Of a DNA stretch of 64,000 nucleotides, positions 23,193 to 34,478 are shown in pieces. How positions within the stretch are numbered: position 1 is the stretch's first letter; each line of letters begins with the position of its first letter. This DNA comes from Rebecca billardiae RCC1528 (Eukaryota; Protista; Haptophyta). The DNA lies in assembly GCA_965240325.2 (NCBI GenBank), contig OZ251242.1, forward strand, positions 992,001 to 1,056,000. The letters are read 5' to 3'. A program made the translations under genes and the position numbers. Under the pieces are notes generated by a model. That model saw only the letters and a program-made list of their open reading frames with translations. It searched no databases and was not told the origin of the DNA.

Positions 23193-25022
23193 ATGGAGCC
23201 CTCGCGCAAGCGCTCGCTCGTGGACGACGGCGCCGCCGCCGCGTCCCCGGTCTTCGAGGAGCCGTGCGCGCTGTGCGGCGATCGTATTGGCAGCCAGCCG
23301 TGGGCGCAGCTCGCGTGCGGCGAGGAGCACGTCGCGCACAACGTGTGCCTCTTCCAGCGCGCGCTCGCGTCCGAGCGCTGCGTCGTGCGGTGCGGCCGGC
23401 CGGGGTGCAAGCGCGTGACGAAGGCGGCGTCGGCGAGGACGCAGTACGACGGCATTCGCGAGCTGGGCACTCTGCGCCATGTCGCCGTCGCGACGTGCAC
23501 AGGCTGCGCCGCGCCGAATGAGTCGACAGCCGTGCAGCGCGAGCCGCCGCCCAGCCACACGGCGGCAGCACCAACAGAGACGGCTGGCCTCACGCTGTGC
23601 GACCTGCCGACGGACGTGGTCTCGCGCATCCTCGGCTGGCTCGAGTGCGCGCATGATCTGGCGAGTGCCAACGCCACGTCGCGCCTCTTCCGCGGCGCGC
23701 CCGGCGAACGCTCGCCGGTGGAGCACGCGCTGCGCGAGCGCGCGCGGCAGCGTGGGCACGAGGGCGCGCTGCCGGCGGCTCTCCCCACGGGCGCGTGCTC
23801 GTGGCGGGCGGAGCTATTCGCGCGCGAGCGTGTGCTGGAGCATGCGGATGCGCACGCGTGCGTGGTTGGGTCTGGCACTGATGAGGATGAAGCTGCGACG
23901 TTCAGCGCGTTCGTGGACGCATCGGGCGGGCTGCACACGTGCGGTGAGGAGGAGGATGAGACAGGGCTGTGCGCGCCCGCTGCGCTGGGCCATCCGGAGC
24001 TGCGCGAGTCAGCCGTCCTCGTGCCGACGCGCGTGGCATCGCTCTCGGCAGTGCGAATGCGTGCGGTGGCTGCTGGATGGTTCCATCTGCTCGCGCTGAG
24101 CGACGGTGGTGCCGTGTACTCCTGTGGGAACAATGCTTTAGGCCAGCTGGGCCTGGGCGACAAGGAGACGCGCCGTGTCTTCACCGCGCTGGGCATGAGC
24201 AGCATGGGGCTCGTCGTGGGCATCGCCGCTGGTGCGAGGCACAGCCTCGCGCTCACTGCTGCGGGTGGTGTGTACAGCTGGGGATGGAACGCGTACGACC
24301 AGCTCGGTCACGGCGACACTGAGAATCGGCTGGAGCCTGTGCGCATCGAGGCGCTGGACGGTGTGCGTGTGGGTGGCATGTCCGCGGGCTGGAAGCACAC
24401 GCTGCTGCTGTCGACGAGTGGCGCCGTGTACTCGTGCGGTGTCGGCCAAGCAGGCCGCCTCGGGCATGGCGACCAGAACACTCTGCGCACGCCTCAGCGC
24501 ATCGAGGCGCTGGAGGGCGTGCGCGCCGTGCACGTGAGCGCGGGCGACCAGCACAGCCTAGCGGTGGATGCCACTGGCGGCGTGCACACGTTTGGGCGTG
24601 GGGAGTCTGGTTGCCTTGGTCATGGTGACACCTCCACCGCACTCGTGCCCAGGCGCATCGAGGCGCTGCAGGGCGTGCGCATCGTGCGCGCCAGCGCGGG
24701 CTGTGATTTCAGTGCGGTGATGGGCGCGGACGGCAGCGTGTACACGTTTGGCTACAACGACCACGGCCAGCTCGGCATCGGCTCAGCTGGTGCAGATCAG
24801 CTGCTTCCGGTGCGCGTGCACGCCCCAGCGCATGGCCAGCTGGTGGACTGCTTTCTCGAGTACCGCCAGGCGCTTTGGATCACTGCAGACGGCGGCGCGT
24901 ACTCATGTGGCAGGCAGACGGCCGCGCTCGGCCACGGTGTGGGCTCTGACGACGACGTGGACGACCTCGTCTCTCCTGCGCGGATTGCGCAGCTGCCACC
25001 GCTGCGGCGCCGGGGTGCGTAG
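23193..25022 (+). CDS. RING-like/F-box/RCC1-repeat protein, copy 3 (609 aa)
   Basis: Same architecture; intact ORF from MEPSRKRS. Confidence 0.9.
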   Translation: MEPSRKRSLVDDGAAAASPVFEEPCALCGDRIGSQPWAQLACGEEHVAHNVCLFQRALASERCVVRCGRPGCKRVTKAASARTQYDGIRELGTLRHVAVATCTGCAAPNESTAVQREPPPSHTAAAPTETAGLTLCDLPTDVVSRILGWLECAHDLASANATSRLFRGAPGERSPVEHALRERARQRGHEGALPAALPTGACSWRAELFARERVLEHADAHACVVGSGTDEDEAATFSAFVDASGGLHTCGEEEDETGLCAPAALGHPELRESAVLVPTRVASLSAVRMRAVAAGWFHLLALSDGGAVYSCGNNALGQLGLGDKETRRVFTALGMSSMGLVVGIAAGARHSLALTAAGGVYSWGWNAYDQLGHGDTENRLEPVRIEALDGVRVGGMSAGWKHTLLLSTSGAVYSCGVGQAGRLGHGDQNTLRTPQRIEALEGVRAVHVSAGDQHSLAVDATGGVHTFGRGESGCLGHGDTSTALVPRRIEALQGVRIVRASAGCDFSAVMGADGSVYTFGYNDHGQLGIGSAGADQLLPVRVHAPAHGQLVDCFLEYRQALWITADGGAYSCGRQTAALGHGVGSDDDVDDLVSPARIAQLPPLRRRGA

Positions 25023-25434
25023 CGGACTCGGTGCGCGGTGCCGGTGGCGCGGAGCCAAGTCGCAACCGGCCGGCGCGTGCTCGTGGCAGCTGCCGATGGA
25101 GACGCAGGCGGCGCGTGACGGCACGTAAGCCGTAATTAGTGATGTCAGTGAGCAAGCGCGGGTGCTCCGGCTGTCCTAGCAGGCAGCAGCACATGACACT
25201 GACATGAACGCCTTAGTACCCTCATACAGTATGAGTATCTGACAAGAGGGCGGCCGCGATACAGTCGTACAGACAGTACAGTTTACTACAGTAAGAATAC
25301 GACCGAGACTGCGCACACAGCTTACGTGTACAATCGATGAGGAAATCCGCTGCCCAACCAAGGGAGTGCCCAACGGTTGCTCATCGCGATGACGACGCGA
25401 GTCGGAGTGAGCCTCACACCGTCACACCCGCCAC

Positions 25435-27267
25435 ATGGAGCCCTCGCGCAAGCGCTCCCTCGTGGACGACGGCGCCGCCGCCGCGTCCCAGGTCTTCGAG
25501 GTGCCGTGCGCGCTGTGCGGCGATCGTATTGGCAGCCAGCCGTGGGCGCAGCTCGCGTGCGGCGACGAGCACGTCGTGCACAACGTGTGCCTCTTCCAGC
25601 GCGCGCTCGCGTCCGAGCGCTGCGTCGTGCGGTGCGGCCGGCCGGGGTGCAAGCGCGTGACGAAGGCGGCGTCGGCGAGGACGCAGTACGACGGCATTCA
25701 CGAGCTGGGCACTCTGCGCCATGTCGCCGTCGCGACGTGCACAGGCTGCGCCGCGCCGAACGAGTCGAAAGCCGTGCAGCGCGAGGCACCGCCCGGGTAT
25801 ACCGCGGCAACGCCGACAGCGCCGGCTGGCCTCACGCTGTGCGACCTGCCGACGGACGTGGTCTCGCGCATCCTCGGCTGGCTCGAGTGCGCGCATGATC
25901 TGGCGAGTGCCAACGCCACGTCGCGCCTCTTCCGCGGCGCGCCCGGCGAACGCTCGCCGGTGGAGCACGTTCTGCGCGAGCGCGCGCGGCAGCGCGGGCA
26001 CGAGGGCGCGCTGCCGGCGGCTCTCCCCGTGCACGCGTGCTCGTGGCGGGCGGAGCTGTTCGCGCGCGAGCGTGTGCTGGAGCACGCGGATGCGTTCGCG
26101 TGCGTGGTTGAGTGTGGCACTGATGAGGATGAAGTTGCGATGTTCAGCGTGTTCGTGGACGCATCGGGCGGGCTGCACACGTGCGGTGAGCAGTTTGGTC
26201 AGACAGGGCTGTGCGCGCCCGCTGCGCTGGGCCATCCGCAGCTGCGCGACTCGGCGGTCCTCGTGCCGACGCGCGTGGCATCGCTCTCGGCAGTGCGCAT
26301 GCGCGCGGTGGCGGCTGGGCTTCGACACATGCTCGCGCTGAGCGACGGTGGTGCCGTGTACGCGTGCGGTCAGAATGACTACGGCCAGCTGGGCGTGGGC
26401 GACACGGAGATGCGCCGTGTCTTCACCGCGCTGGGCATGAGCAGCATGGGGCTCGTCGTGGGCATCGCCGCTGGTGCATACTACAGCCTTGCGCTCAGTG
26501 CTGCGGGTGGTGTGTACAGCTGGGGATGGAACGAGTACGGCCAGCTCGGTCACGGTGACACTGAGGACCGGCTGGAGCCTGTGCGCATCGAGGCGCTGCA
26601 CGGTGTGCGCATGGGCGGCATGTCCGCTGGTTACGGGCACACGCTGCTGCTCTCGACGAGCGGTGCCGTGTACTCGTGCGGTACCGGCTACGATGGCGGC
26701 CTCGGGCATGGCGACCAGCCAGATCTGCTTACGCCTCGGCGCATCGAGGCGCTGGAAGGTGTGCGCGCCGTGCACGTGAGCGCGGGCGACGCTCACAGCC
26801 TGGTGGTGGATGCCACGGGCGGTGTGCACTCGTTCGGGTGTGGGGATTCTGGTTGCCTTGGCCATGGTGACACCTCCAACGCACTCTCGCCCAGGCGCAT
26901 CGAGGCGCTGCAGGGCGTGCGCATCGTGCGCGCCAGCGCGGGCTGGTGCAGCAGCGCGGTGATGGGCGCGGACGGCATCGTGTACACGTTTGGCAACAAC
27001 GACCACGGCCAGCTCGGCATCGGCTCAGCTGGTGGGAATCAGCTGCTTCCGGTGCGCGTGCACGCCCCAGCGCACGGCCAGCTGGTGGACTGCTTTCTCG
27101 AGTACCGCCAGGCGCTTTGGGTCGCGTCAGACGGCTGCGCGTACTCGTGCGGCAGGCAGTCGGCCGCGCTCGGCCATGGCGTGAACTCTGACGACGGGAT
27201 GGACGACCTCGTCTCTCCTGCGCGGATTGCGCTGCTGCCACCCCTGCGCCGGCGCCGGGGTGCGTAG
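25435..27267 (+). CDS. RING-like/F-box/RCC1-repeat protein, copy 4 (610 aa)
   Basis: Same architecture; intact ORF. Confidence 0.9.
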   Translation: MEPSRKRSLVDDGAAAASQVFEVPCALCGDRIGSQPWAQLACGDEHVVHNVCLFQRALASERCVVRCGRPGCKRVTKAASARTQYDGIHELGTLRHVAVATCTGCAAPNESKAVQREAPPGYTAATPTAPAGLTLCDLPTDVVSRILGWLECAHDLASANATSRLFRGAPGERSPVEHVLRERARQRGHEGALPAALPVHACSWRAELFARERVLEHADAFACVVECGTDEDEVAMFSVFVDASGGLHTCGEQFGQTGLCAPAALGHPQLRDSAVLVPTRVASLSAVRMRAVAAGLRHMLALSDGGAVYACGQNDYGQLGVGDTEMRRVFTALGMSSMGLVVGIAAGAYYSLALSAAGGVYSWGWNEYGQLGHGDTEDRLEPVRIEALHGVRMGGMSAGYGHTLLLSTSGAVYSCGTGYDGGLGHGDQPDLLTPRRIEALEGVRAVHVSAGDAHSLVVDATGGVHSFGCGDSGCLGHGDTSNALSPRRIEALQGVRIVRASAGWCSSAVMGADGIVYTFGNNDHGQLGIGSAGGNQLLPVRVHAPAHGQLVDCFLEYRQALWVASDGCAYSCGRQSAALGHGVNSDDGMDDLVSPARIALLPPLRRRRGA

Positions 27268-27470
27268 CACTCGGTCTCGGTGCGCGGTGGCGCGGGGCCG
27301 TCGCAACCGGCCGGCGCGTGCTCGTGGCAGCCGCCGATGGAGACGCCGAGGCGGCGCGTCAGACGGCAGCACGTGAGCCGTATATAATATATATATATAT
27401 ATATTGCTATACTGATGATGATGATGATGTATGATAGATGCTATAACTATATAGCTCTAGGTCGTCAAGC

Positions 27471-30173
27471 TTAGGTTTTCGACAAAGCGGCACCGTGATG
27501 CTGGTGATGGCTGCCCGCGCCGCCGCCGGGCGTCGCCGCGAGGATGGACGACATGGACATGACCGTCGGCTTCGCCTCGGCGAGGACGCCCTGCTTCTTG
27601 CGCAGCTCGTGGGCGCGGTACCGCCGCTCGTCGAGCCTGATCTCCCCCCGCGGGAGGTTGACCATCGGCAGGAAGCCGCCCTGCTCTCGCTCGACATCGG
27701 CGAGCGTCTTGAGCGTGACAGTGGCCAGCATGTCGTGGCTCGTCGCGGTGCGGTGTCGGATGCGCGCGGGCGGAGGCGGAGGCGGCACGTCCGTGTCCTG
27801 GTGCAGACGCAGCGCGCGCAGCGACGCCTCCCAGATCTCCCGATCGACGGGCTCGGTGGACCTGGCGAGGGCACGCGCGCGCGCGCGCGCGCGCGGAGGG
27901 TGCGGCGCGGGCGTTGCGGGCGACCTTCGGGCGTGAGGGTTGTGGCGGCGGCGCGCCCCCCAGCCGGCGATCCTCGCGGGGGCGCGCCACGCGCGGCTGC
28001 ACGCGCGGCGTGGGCTCGCGGCGCGGCGCGCACCCCGAGGCGATGTGCGCCATCAGCCTCCGCTGCGCGTCCTCGTACAGACCCTCCTTCGCGTTGCCGA
28101 GGGACGCTGCCAGCTCCTTGGGCTCTGCGCGCTCGGGCAGCGGCGCGGTCAGCGTCTCGAGGTCCTCGGCCGTTGGTCGGCAGCCGAGGCGCGAGAGCGC
28201 CGGCCGCACGCCCGCCGTGTCCACGCCGCCCTCCGCGTCGCCGCTCGAGCCGGCCGCTCGGAACTCGCGCGCCTCCTCGCGCAGAAAGTAGCTGAGGGAA
28301 TCAAAGGTGAGGTCCCCCGTGAGGTTCTTCTCGCGCTCGTCGGTCGTGCCGGCGCGGCGCAGCGACGGCCGCTCCGGCATCGTGGTGAACGGCGACCAGG
28401 CCACCTCGAAGGCCACCTGGACCTCGGCGACCACCGGCGCGCCGCGCTCGCGCGCTCGCAGCTGCACCGTGTGCGTCGTGCGGCCGTCGACGCGCTCGCC
28501 CGAGAAGAGCTGCGCGCAGGCAGGGGTGGCGGTTCGCGCGGGCGCGTGGCGCGTGCGGGCGGGGCATGGCCGCGGCGGGGCTGTGAGCCAGGCGCGGCGG
28601 CGCCTTGATAGCGATGGCGCCACGGCCACGAGTGCGTGGGGGAGAGGGGCGGAGGCCTGCCCAGCTGAAGGCCAGGGCGGGCCCGAGCATGGCGGGGCCC
28701 AGGCGCACGCGCGCGCGCCAGCGTTTGGCGCCACTGCTGTGCCGCCGGCTCCCGTGCGCCGCACCGCTGCCGCAGCCACCGCAGCCACACGCCCAAACGC
28801 CCACACGCCCGCGCAGCCGCGTGTGTGCACACACCCAGCCACACACCCGCACACCCTCGCGCGTGCGTGTGCACACACCCAGCCACACACCCCCGCGCAC
28901 CCACGCAGCCGCGTGTGTGCACACACACAGCCACACACACCCGCGCACCCACGCGCGCGTGCGCGCGCGTGCGTGCACCCACCTGCACGAGATCGACAGT
29001 GCCGGTGGCAATTGGGTGCTTCGAGTCCACGCCGTCCCGCTCGAGAGCGAAGAGCTCCAGCCGCGTGCGGTACTCGCGGCCGGTGGGCCTGCGCACGTAC
29101 GCCTTCGAGAGGATCACCTCGTACGCCTCCGCCTCGCGCCCGCTCGTCACGATCCGCGCCAGCTTAAAGTCGATCTCGCCCGTGCCCAGAGCGCGCAGGT
29201 CTGCCGGCTCAGTTCGGATCGGCGCCGCCGGGATGCCCCACAGCTCGCACGTGAGGAAGACGTGGGTGGCGTCCGCGGCGCGCACGAGCGGGAGGAGCCC
29301 GTCGGCGCAGCGCATCACGCCGATCGACGCGCAGATGCACGGCGTGTGCCCCTTCGGCGGCACCGCCACGCGCTCGGTGCGCATGCCGGCCGGCGCGCTC
29401 CGATCCTTAATCGCGAGCTGGAATGTGGGTAGCTGCGCCGAGTACTGCGCCTCGTGCTCCGCGGCGGCCTCTCGCGCGCGCTGGCGCGCGCGCACGCGCT
29501 CAGTCTCGCCGCGCAGCATCTTCTCCGTCGCGGAGAGCGAGTACCGCGGCTGCACCTCCGGCCGCTCCCACGGCTCCGTCCGCTGGCCAAACGCGTACCG
29601 CCGCCTGATGCGCTCAGCGGAGAAGAGCTCGTCAGCGTGCTGGCGCTCTGCGTGGGTGACGGCGTGCTGGTCGAAGACCTGGAGCGCCTTGAGGCGGTGC
29701 ACGGTGGTCGGGCGGTAGTTCGTCTCCTCCGCCACCGGGTTGCCGAACAGGTTGAGCGTCGAGAGCCGAGGCAGCCGCTCGAGCGCGCCGAGCGTCGCGC
29801 TCAGATCGGTGATCTCGTTGTTCTGCAGGAGCAGCGTCTCGAGGAAGCGCAGCGCGGGGAGCGAGCACGAGGGCGAGGAGATGGACGAGATGCGGTTGTT
29901 CTGCAGGTACAGCGCGGTCAGGCGGAAGTTGGCGTCCAGCCCCTTCAGCTTCGTCAGCTTGTTGTCGTTGAGCCACAGCACCGCCAGGTTTGCAAACGTC
30001 GCCATCTGCGCGCCGTCAATCTTCTCGATGCCGCGCTCGCCGAGGTAGAGCTCGCTCGTGTCTTTGCGCCGCTTCATGTTGTCTACCGACAGCTCGGCGG
30101 CGGGGTCCGCGGGCCGCCGGTGCAGCGTGCGCTCGAGCGCGCGCGGCCCGGGCCGCGGCTCGACCTGAAGCAT
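27471..30173 (-). CDS. SDS22-like leucine-rich-repeat protein (LRRC72-like N-terminus with LRRcap) with a C-terminal extension that may be C2-like
   Basis: LRRs LYLGERGIEKI, LWLNDNKLTKL, LYLQNNRISSI, LLLQNNEITDL, then LNLFGNPVAEETNYR..LQVFD (LRRcap). Exons 30173-28983, 28509-28034 and 27861-27471, GT-AG and phase-consistent. Confidence 0.8.
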
Positions 30174-30398
30174 GGCGCCACGGCGCAGAAACGATGCGGG
30201 TGCGAGGCCGTCTTGGTGTAACAGTTTTTATTTTCGCCGCGATATCACCACGGCGGAATAAATGCTTCCGGGTCCGGAAGAGTGGTGGCAGCCGCGGCGC
30301 CCGGACGCGACGCGGTCTCACCGCTCCGGCAAGCGTACCAAGGCAAACTAAACGTCAAAGCAGCACCCTCGTGGCCGTGGGCACGCCCGCCAATCCTC

Positions 30399-30749
30399 AT
30401 GCCAGGGCGCGCGGGCCCTCGCAAGAAGAAGTGCGTGAAGAAGGTGCACCGCGAGAGCAAGACGAAGAACTACGTCAAGGACGTCGACCAGATCCACGAC
30501 GAGCTCGCCAAGGAGTCCTCAGACCCGTCGCGCAAGCGCGAGCGGCCGGTCGATCCAGACCTGCCCGGTTTGGGGCAGTACTACTGCGCCGAGACTGACA
30601 GGCACTTCATCTCACAGGACGCACTCGACGCACACATGCGCTCGAAGGCCTTCAAGAAGAGGCGGAAAGAGCTCGAGAAGGAGCCCTTCTCGCAGCTCGA
30701 GGCCGAGCTCGCAGCAGGCAAGGGTATGCCGGACAAAGGCTATGGATAA
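30399..30749 (+). CDS. ZNF593: ZNF593/Bud20 pre-60S ribosome biogenesis factor
   Basis: KDVDQIHDEL, DPDLPGLGQYYC...RHF.....L..HMRSK..KKR.K.L..EPFSQLEAELAAG. Confidence 0.9.
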   Translation: MPGRAGPRKKKCVKKVHRESKTKNYVKDVDQIHDELAKESSDPSRKRERPVDPDLPGLGQYYCAETDRHFISQDALDAHMRSKAFKKRRKELEKEPFSQLEAELAAGKGMPDKGYG

Positions 30750-30823
30750 TGCAGTCCGCCTTAGATTCGCCTGTCAGCCCTGGCAGGGCCAGCACATCAT
30801 GGATAGATGGACGACTGCGCTGT

Positions 30824-30858
<35 letters not shown>
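30824..30858. repeat. (CA)n microsatellite
   Basis: Directly visible. Confidence 0.95.
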
Positions 30859-30860
<2 letters not shown>

Positions 30861-31103
30861 CATCAGATACTGTGGTGACGCCGCACAATGCGGCAATGGC
30901 GGCCGTGCGGCCGTCAGCCTGCCGGCCCGCGACCGGCCGCGCCGCGGGCCGCCGGGCCCTGAGCGCGTTGCCGCTAAGTAGTGACTTGCCAAGTTGCCGC
31001 AATGGCCCACTTTGGCGGGCGGCGTTGCCGCCCGGTGCGTGCGGCCCATCGCCGGCATCGCATTCGCTGCCGCCTCTCGGGCCGTCGCCACTGTTCGGAC
31101 TCG

Positions 31104-33305
31104 TCACGTCGTGCGACGTGACGACGGTTGCCCGTCGCCCCCGCCACGACGACGACTGCTCTTGTCATTGGCATCGGCGTCAGCACCAGCCCCCGGCGAG
31201 TCTCGCCTCCCGCTCTGCCGCTGCTGCTGCTGCTGGCCCGCGCGCTGCTGCGCGTGCCGTGCCTGTGGCGGCACCATCGACGGCGCCGGGAACGGGCGGA
31301 ACGGCTTCGGCAGTGGCAGCGGGTCGAGCGGCGGCCATGCGCGGCGAAGCACCACCGAGATGCGGTGCCCCACGTGGTGGTGCCGGCCCTGCAGCCGCGC
31401 GCCCTTGCGGTCGTTGCCGCGCGGGATGTTGCTCGTCCAGGCGCAGAAGACGCCGCGGTCTCGCAGCAGCATGACGCGCGCGCCGTACGAGCCCGCCCAG
31501 CCGTACCAGTCGGGCGCGTTGCATAGGTCGAATGGCTGCCCCGGCGAGTCCTCCGCGCACCAGCCGAGGCCCATGCCGAAGGAGGACATCCCCATGCACC
31601 AGTTGGGCTGCCATGCGCCGCCGGGCGGCGGGGTCGGATCGTGCACGGAAGAGCCGCGCGCGAGGAGCCGTGCCGAGTCGAAGAGCGCGTCGACAGAGGC
31701 CTCGCTCAGAACGCGCACGCCGCCCAGAGATCCGCCGTTGAGCAGCAGCCGGCACAGCACGCTCAGGTCGTGCGCGCTGGCGACGATCGTGTTGCTCACC
31801 CAGATGTCCGTGTACTCACCCGGCTCGCGCGGCGGCCACGCGCCAAGCGGCGGTGCGAACGGCGCCTTGTCAAAGCAGCGCGTCTCCGGTCGTGCCGCGC
31901 TGCCGTTGCCGGGTGCGCGCTCCAGCCCCGTGCAGTGCAGCGCATCGCTCAGGTTGAGGGGCTTGAGGACGAGCTCCGAAACCCACCACAGCACGCGCCG
32001 ACCGGTCGCGCGGTGCACGAGCGCGTCGAGCAGCGTGTAGCTCCAGTTGTCGTACACACACTTGCGCCGCACGCTTGGGTTGCGCGTGCGACGACGCATC
32101 AGCTGAGTGCGCCCGCCTGGCCTCGGAGCGCCCGGCTTGGCAGGCCTGTCATATTCGAAGATGAACTCCGGCGTGGGGCTGCCGCGGGGTGCGCGCTGCG
32201 GCGGCGGCACGAGCGGCGGCGGCGGCGGCGGCGGCGGCGACGCACGCACGCCGAGCGCTGTGCCGAGCGCGCCGAGCGCGGACCACAGCGAGTCAGCCAT
32301 GCTGCCACCGCCAGCCTGGGCGGGGCGCTCCGCCGCCACCGGCGCCGCGGCCGTGCACACGCCGCACGTGGCTCGGCACGCGGCGCGCCGCGTGTACGCC
32401 GCCGCCCCCTCGCAGTGGCCGAGCGCGCGCCGCGCGGCGCAGTCAGCGAACACGTCTGCGCACGTGTCGGCCGCGGGCTCGACGAGGCAGCCGCGGAAGT
32501 CGCGCGAGTCGGCCGCACCCGCGGGCACACACACGGCGCACGCCGCCGGGCAGTGCTCGTGCATCCACACCGGATTTCGGCTGCACTCACCCGCCTCCGC
32601 CCAAGGGCAGCACGCGGTGGTCCAGTCGTCCGTGCATGTTGCGTCCGGCGCCGACTCGATCGTGCGGACCAGCCGCGTCGCGAGCCGTCGGGCGAGCGCG
32701 CCGCGCCGCGCGCCGCGCAGCCCGCGCCCCGCGCACAATGGCTGCCGGTCCAGCACTGGCAGCACCAGCTCGCGCACGCACTCCATCGCGCCGAGCTGGA
32801 CAGGAGAATCGGGCGAGTCGCACGCGGTCGGGAAGCCGTTGTGGTCGCCGCGGTGCGAGAGGTTGCGCCACGCGGCGTTGACGCTGTTGTCCAACGGTGC
32901 GGTCATCGTCAGCAGCTGCGCCGCCGTCGCGCCTCGCCAGCCTGAGCGCGCGCCCACGCGCGCGCCGGCGCAACGCGCGCTCAGCTGATCGCCAAGGTAC
33001 TGACCAGCCGTCGACTCGAGCGTGAGCGTGTGACCGAGCTCGGTGCGGCGCTCGACAAGCGCGAGGTATGCAACCGCGATGAAGAGTTTGGACACCGAGC
33101 GGATCGGCACGGCCGCGTGCCGCCCGGCCGCCGGGAACGCGCCGTAGCCGCGGTCGACGAAGAGACGGTCCGCGTCGCGCGTGCCGCACTGCACGTAGGT
33201 CGGTCCGACCGAGCGGTCGTGTGCGAGGAACTGGGCGAAGGTGTCTGTGTCTGCCTGCGCGAAAGCAGCGTCAATGTCGTCCGCGACGGCATCCAGATCG
33301 GGCAT
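31104..33305 (-). CDS. Beta-lactamase/class-C-like serine hydrolase with two inserted ShKT domains
   Basis: SxxK (RSVSKLF), LLTMTA, YxN (VYDNWSYTLL), LKPLNL, ASAHDL..LCRLLLNGG...GVRVLSEASV, FGMGLG, YGWAGSYG. Cys-rich ShKT-like modules at about 32529-32636 and 32355-32462. First ATG at 33305. Confidence 0.8.
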   Translation of the reverse strand: MPDLDAVADDIDAAFAQADTDTFAQFLAHDRSVGPTYVQCGTRDADRLFVDRGYGAFPAAGRHAAVPIRSVSKLFIAVAYLALVERRTELGHTLTLESTAGQYLGDQLSARCAGARVGARSGWRGATAAQLLTMTAPLDNSVNAAWRNLSHRGDHNGFPTACDSPDSPVQLGAMECVRELVLPVLDRQPLCAGRGLRGARRGALARRLATRLVRTIESAPDATCTDDWTTACCPWAEAGECSRNPVWMHEHCPAACAVCVPAGAADSRDFRGCLVEPAADTCADVFADCAARRALGHCEGAAAYTRRAACRATCGVCTAAAPVAAERPAQAGGGSMADSLWSALGALGTALGVRASPPPPPPPPLVPPPQRAPRGSPTPEFIFEYDRPAKPGAPRPGGRTQLMRRRTRNPSVRRKCVYDNWSYTLLDALVHRATGRRVLWWVSELVLKPLNLSDALHCTGLERAPGNGSAARPETRCFDKAPFAPPLGAWPPREPGEYTDIWVSNTIVASAHDLSVLCRLLLNGGSLGGVRVLSEASVDALFDSARLLARGSSVHDPTPPPGGAWQPNWCMGMSSFGMGLGWCAEDSPGQPFDLCNAPDWYGWAGSYGARVMLLRDRGVFCAWTSNIPRGNDRKGARLQGRHHHVGHRISVVLRRAWPPLDPLPLPKPFRPFPAPSMVPPQARHAQQRAGQQQQQRQSGRRDSPGAGADADANDKSSRRRGGGDGQPSSRRTT

Positions 33306-33719
33306 GGCGAGATGCCCGGGCACCGGGCGGTCGCGGCGTCGCGCCGCTTGACGCTGAGCCCGGACGTGGTCCCCGGCCAGCCGTCCCAGAAAGCCTCTGA
33401 GCCCGTCTTCGGCTCAGCGGGCTCAAACCTTCGGAGCGAAGGTTTTGAGCTCAGTGACTATGAAATGGGCTGGCTACGAATATAGCTGCGGGTATTTTTC
33501 AATACCCGGGGCCTTGATGTAGGGGGCTGGGACGGGTGGACTGCCGAACGGCGAGCGGCGGGGCCGGCCGCCCCAGCCACGTCCGCGCCCGTCACAGCTT
33601 GACACTATGACAGCGAGGCTTCATCAGCTGGCGGAGTCAGCCGCACCGGCGGCAGCCTGCGGTCTACGGTCCATTGGCCCCAGCGGCACGGCCACGGGCA
33701 CCGTCAGTGACCGTGGCTG

Positions 33720-34478
33720 TCACGTGATGACGTCAGCAGCAGCATGCTTGAAACGCTCGCGAAGTGCGCGGCAGCGCCCGGCAAAGACAGTGTCAATCGA
33801 GTGGCCGCTGCTCGAGGTGTCCGTGTCGGGTCGTTCGATCTGCACTGCCGTGCAGTCACCCTCCGCGTCGATCCGCACCACGCGTCCGCCCGGCGGCGCG
33901 GACAAGTTGTCGGCGCGGCCTGGCGCGCGGACAAATGGCCTGCCGCTGCCGCCCAGCTGTCCCGCTTCGCCCCGGCCCCATGTGTACACGTCGCGCTCGT
34001 TGGCATCGAGCGCGACGCAGTGGTCAGCACCGAGCGCGACAGCGCCCACCTTGCGGTGCGCCAACGCGGGCACGAGCTGGGGGCTCGGCTGCCAGATCCG
34101 CCCGTCTCGCCACGTGTACCCTTGCGCAGATCCCGCCGTGCTTGCGGCAGCGAGGCCAAGCTGCTGCCAACGGTCGCAGCCGAACACCCACACGCGCCCG
34201 CTGCCATCAACGAGCGCCGTGTGCCCCCCGTCTCGTCCGCCACCCGCGGCCACATCGATCAGCGGTGACAGCGAGGCTGCCACGCGGTGCGCACCTGGAG
34301 TCCCGTCACGCGTGCGAGTCGCACCTTCAGCGACAGCGACCGTCTTTGAGGCCTCGCCGATACCAAGCTGGCCGAACCGGTTGCCCTCGCGAGTGATCGG
34401 CCACGTGAATGCTGCGCCATCGCGCAGCGCAACGCAGTGCGTCGCTGAGCAAGAGACCTTCGCCCAACCGGCAGCCAT
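33720..34478 (-). CDS. Short RCC1/BLIP-II-repeat protein, unrelated in sequence to the tandem family
   Basis: GNRFGQLGIG, DVAAG..GHTALVDGSGRVWVFGCDRWQQLGL, VALGADHCVAL...VYTWGRGEAGQLG. ATG at 34478. Confidence 0.75.
   Translation of the reverse strand: MAAGWAKVSCSATHCVALRDGAAFTWPITREGNRFGQLGIGEASKTVAVAEGATRTRDGTPGAHRVAASLSPLIDVAAGGGRDGGHTALVDGSGRVWVFGCDRWQQLGLAAASTAGSAQGYTWRDGRIWQPSPQLVPALAHRKVGAVALGADHCVALDANERDVYTWGRGEAGQLGGSGRPFVRAPGRADNLSAPPGGRVVRIDAEGDCTAVQIERPDTDTSSSGHSIDTVFAGRCRALRERFKHAAADVIT

Noticed and set aside
33720-34478. Short RCC1 gene as a ninth member or donor of the tandem family
   Set aside because: It shares only generic RCC1 motifs, lacks the RING and F-box, and shows no visible nucleotide similarity.
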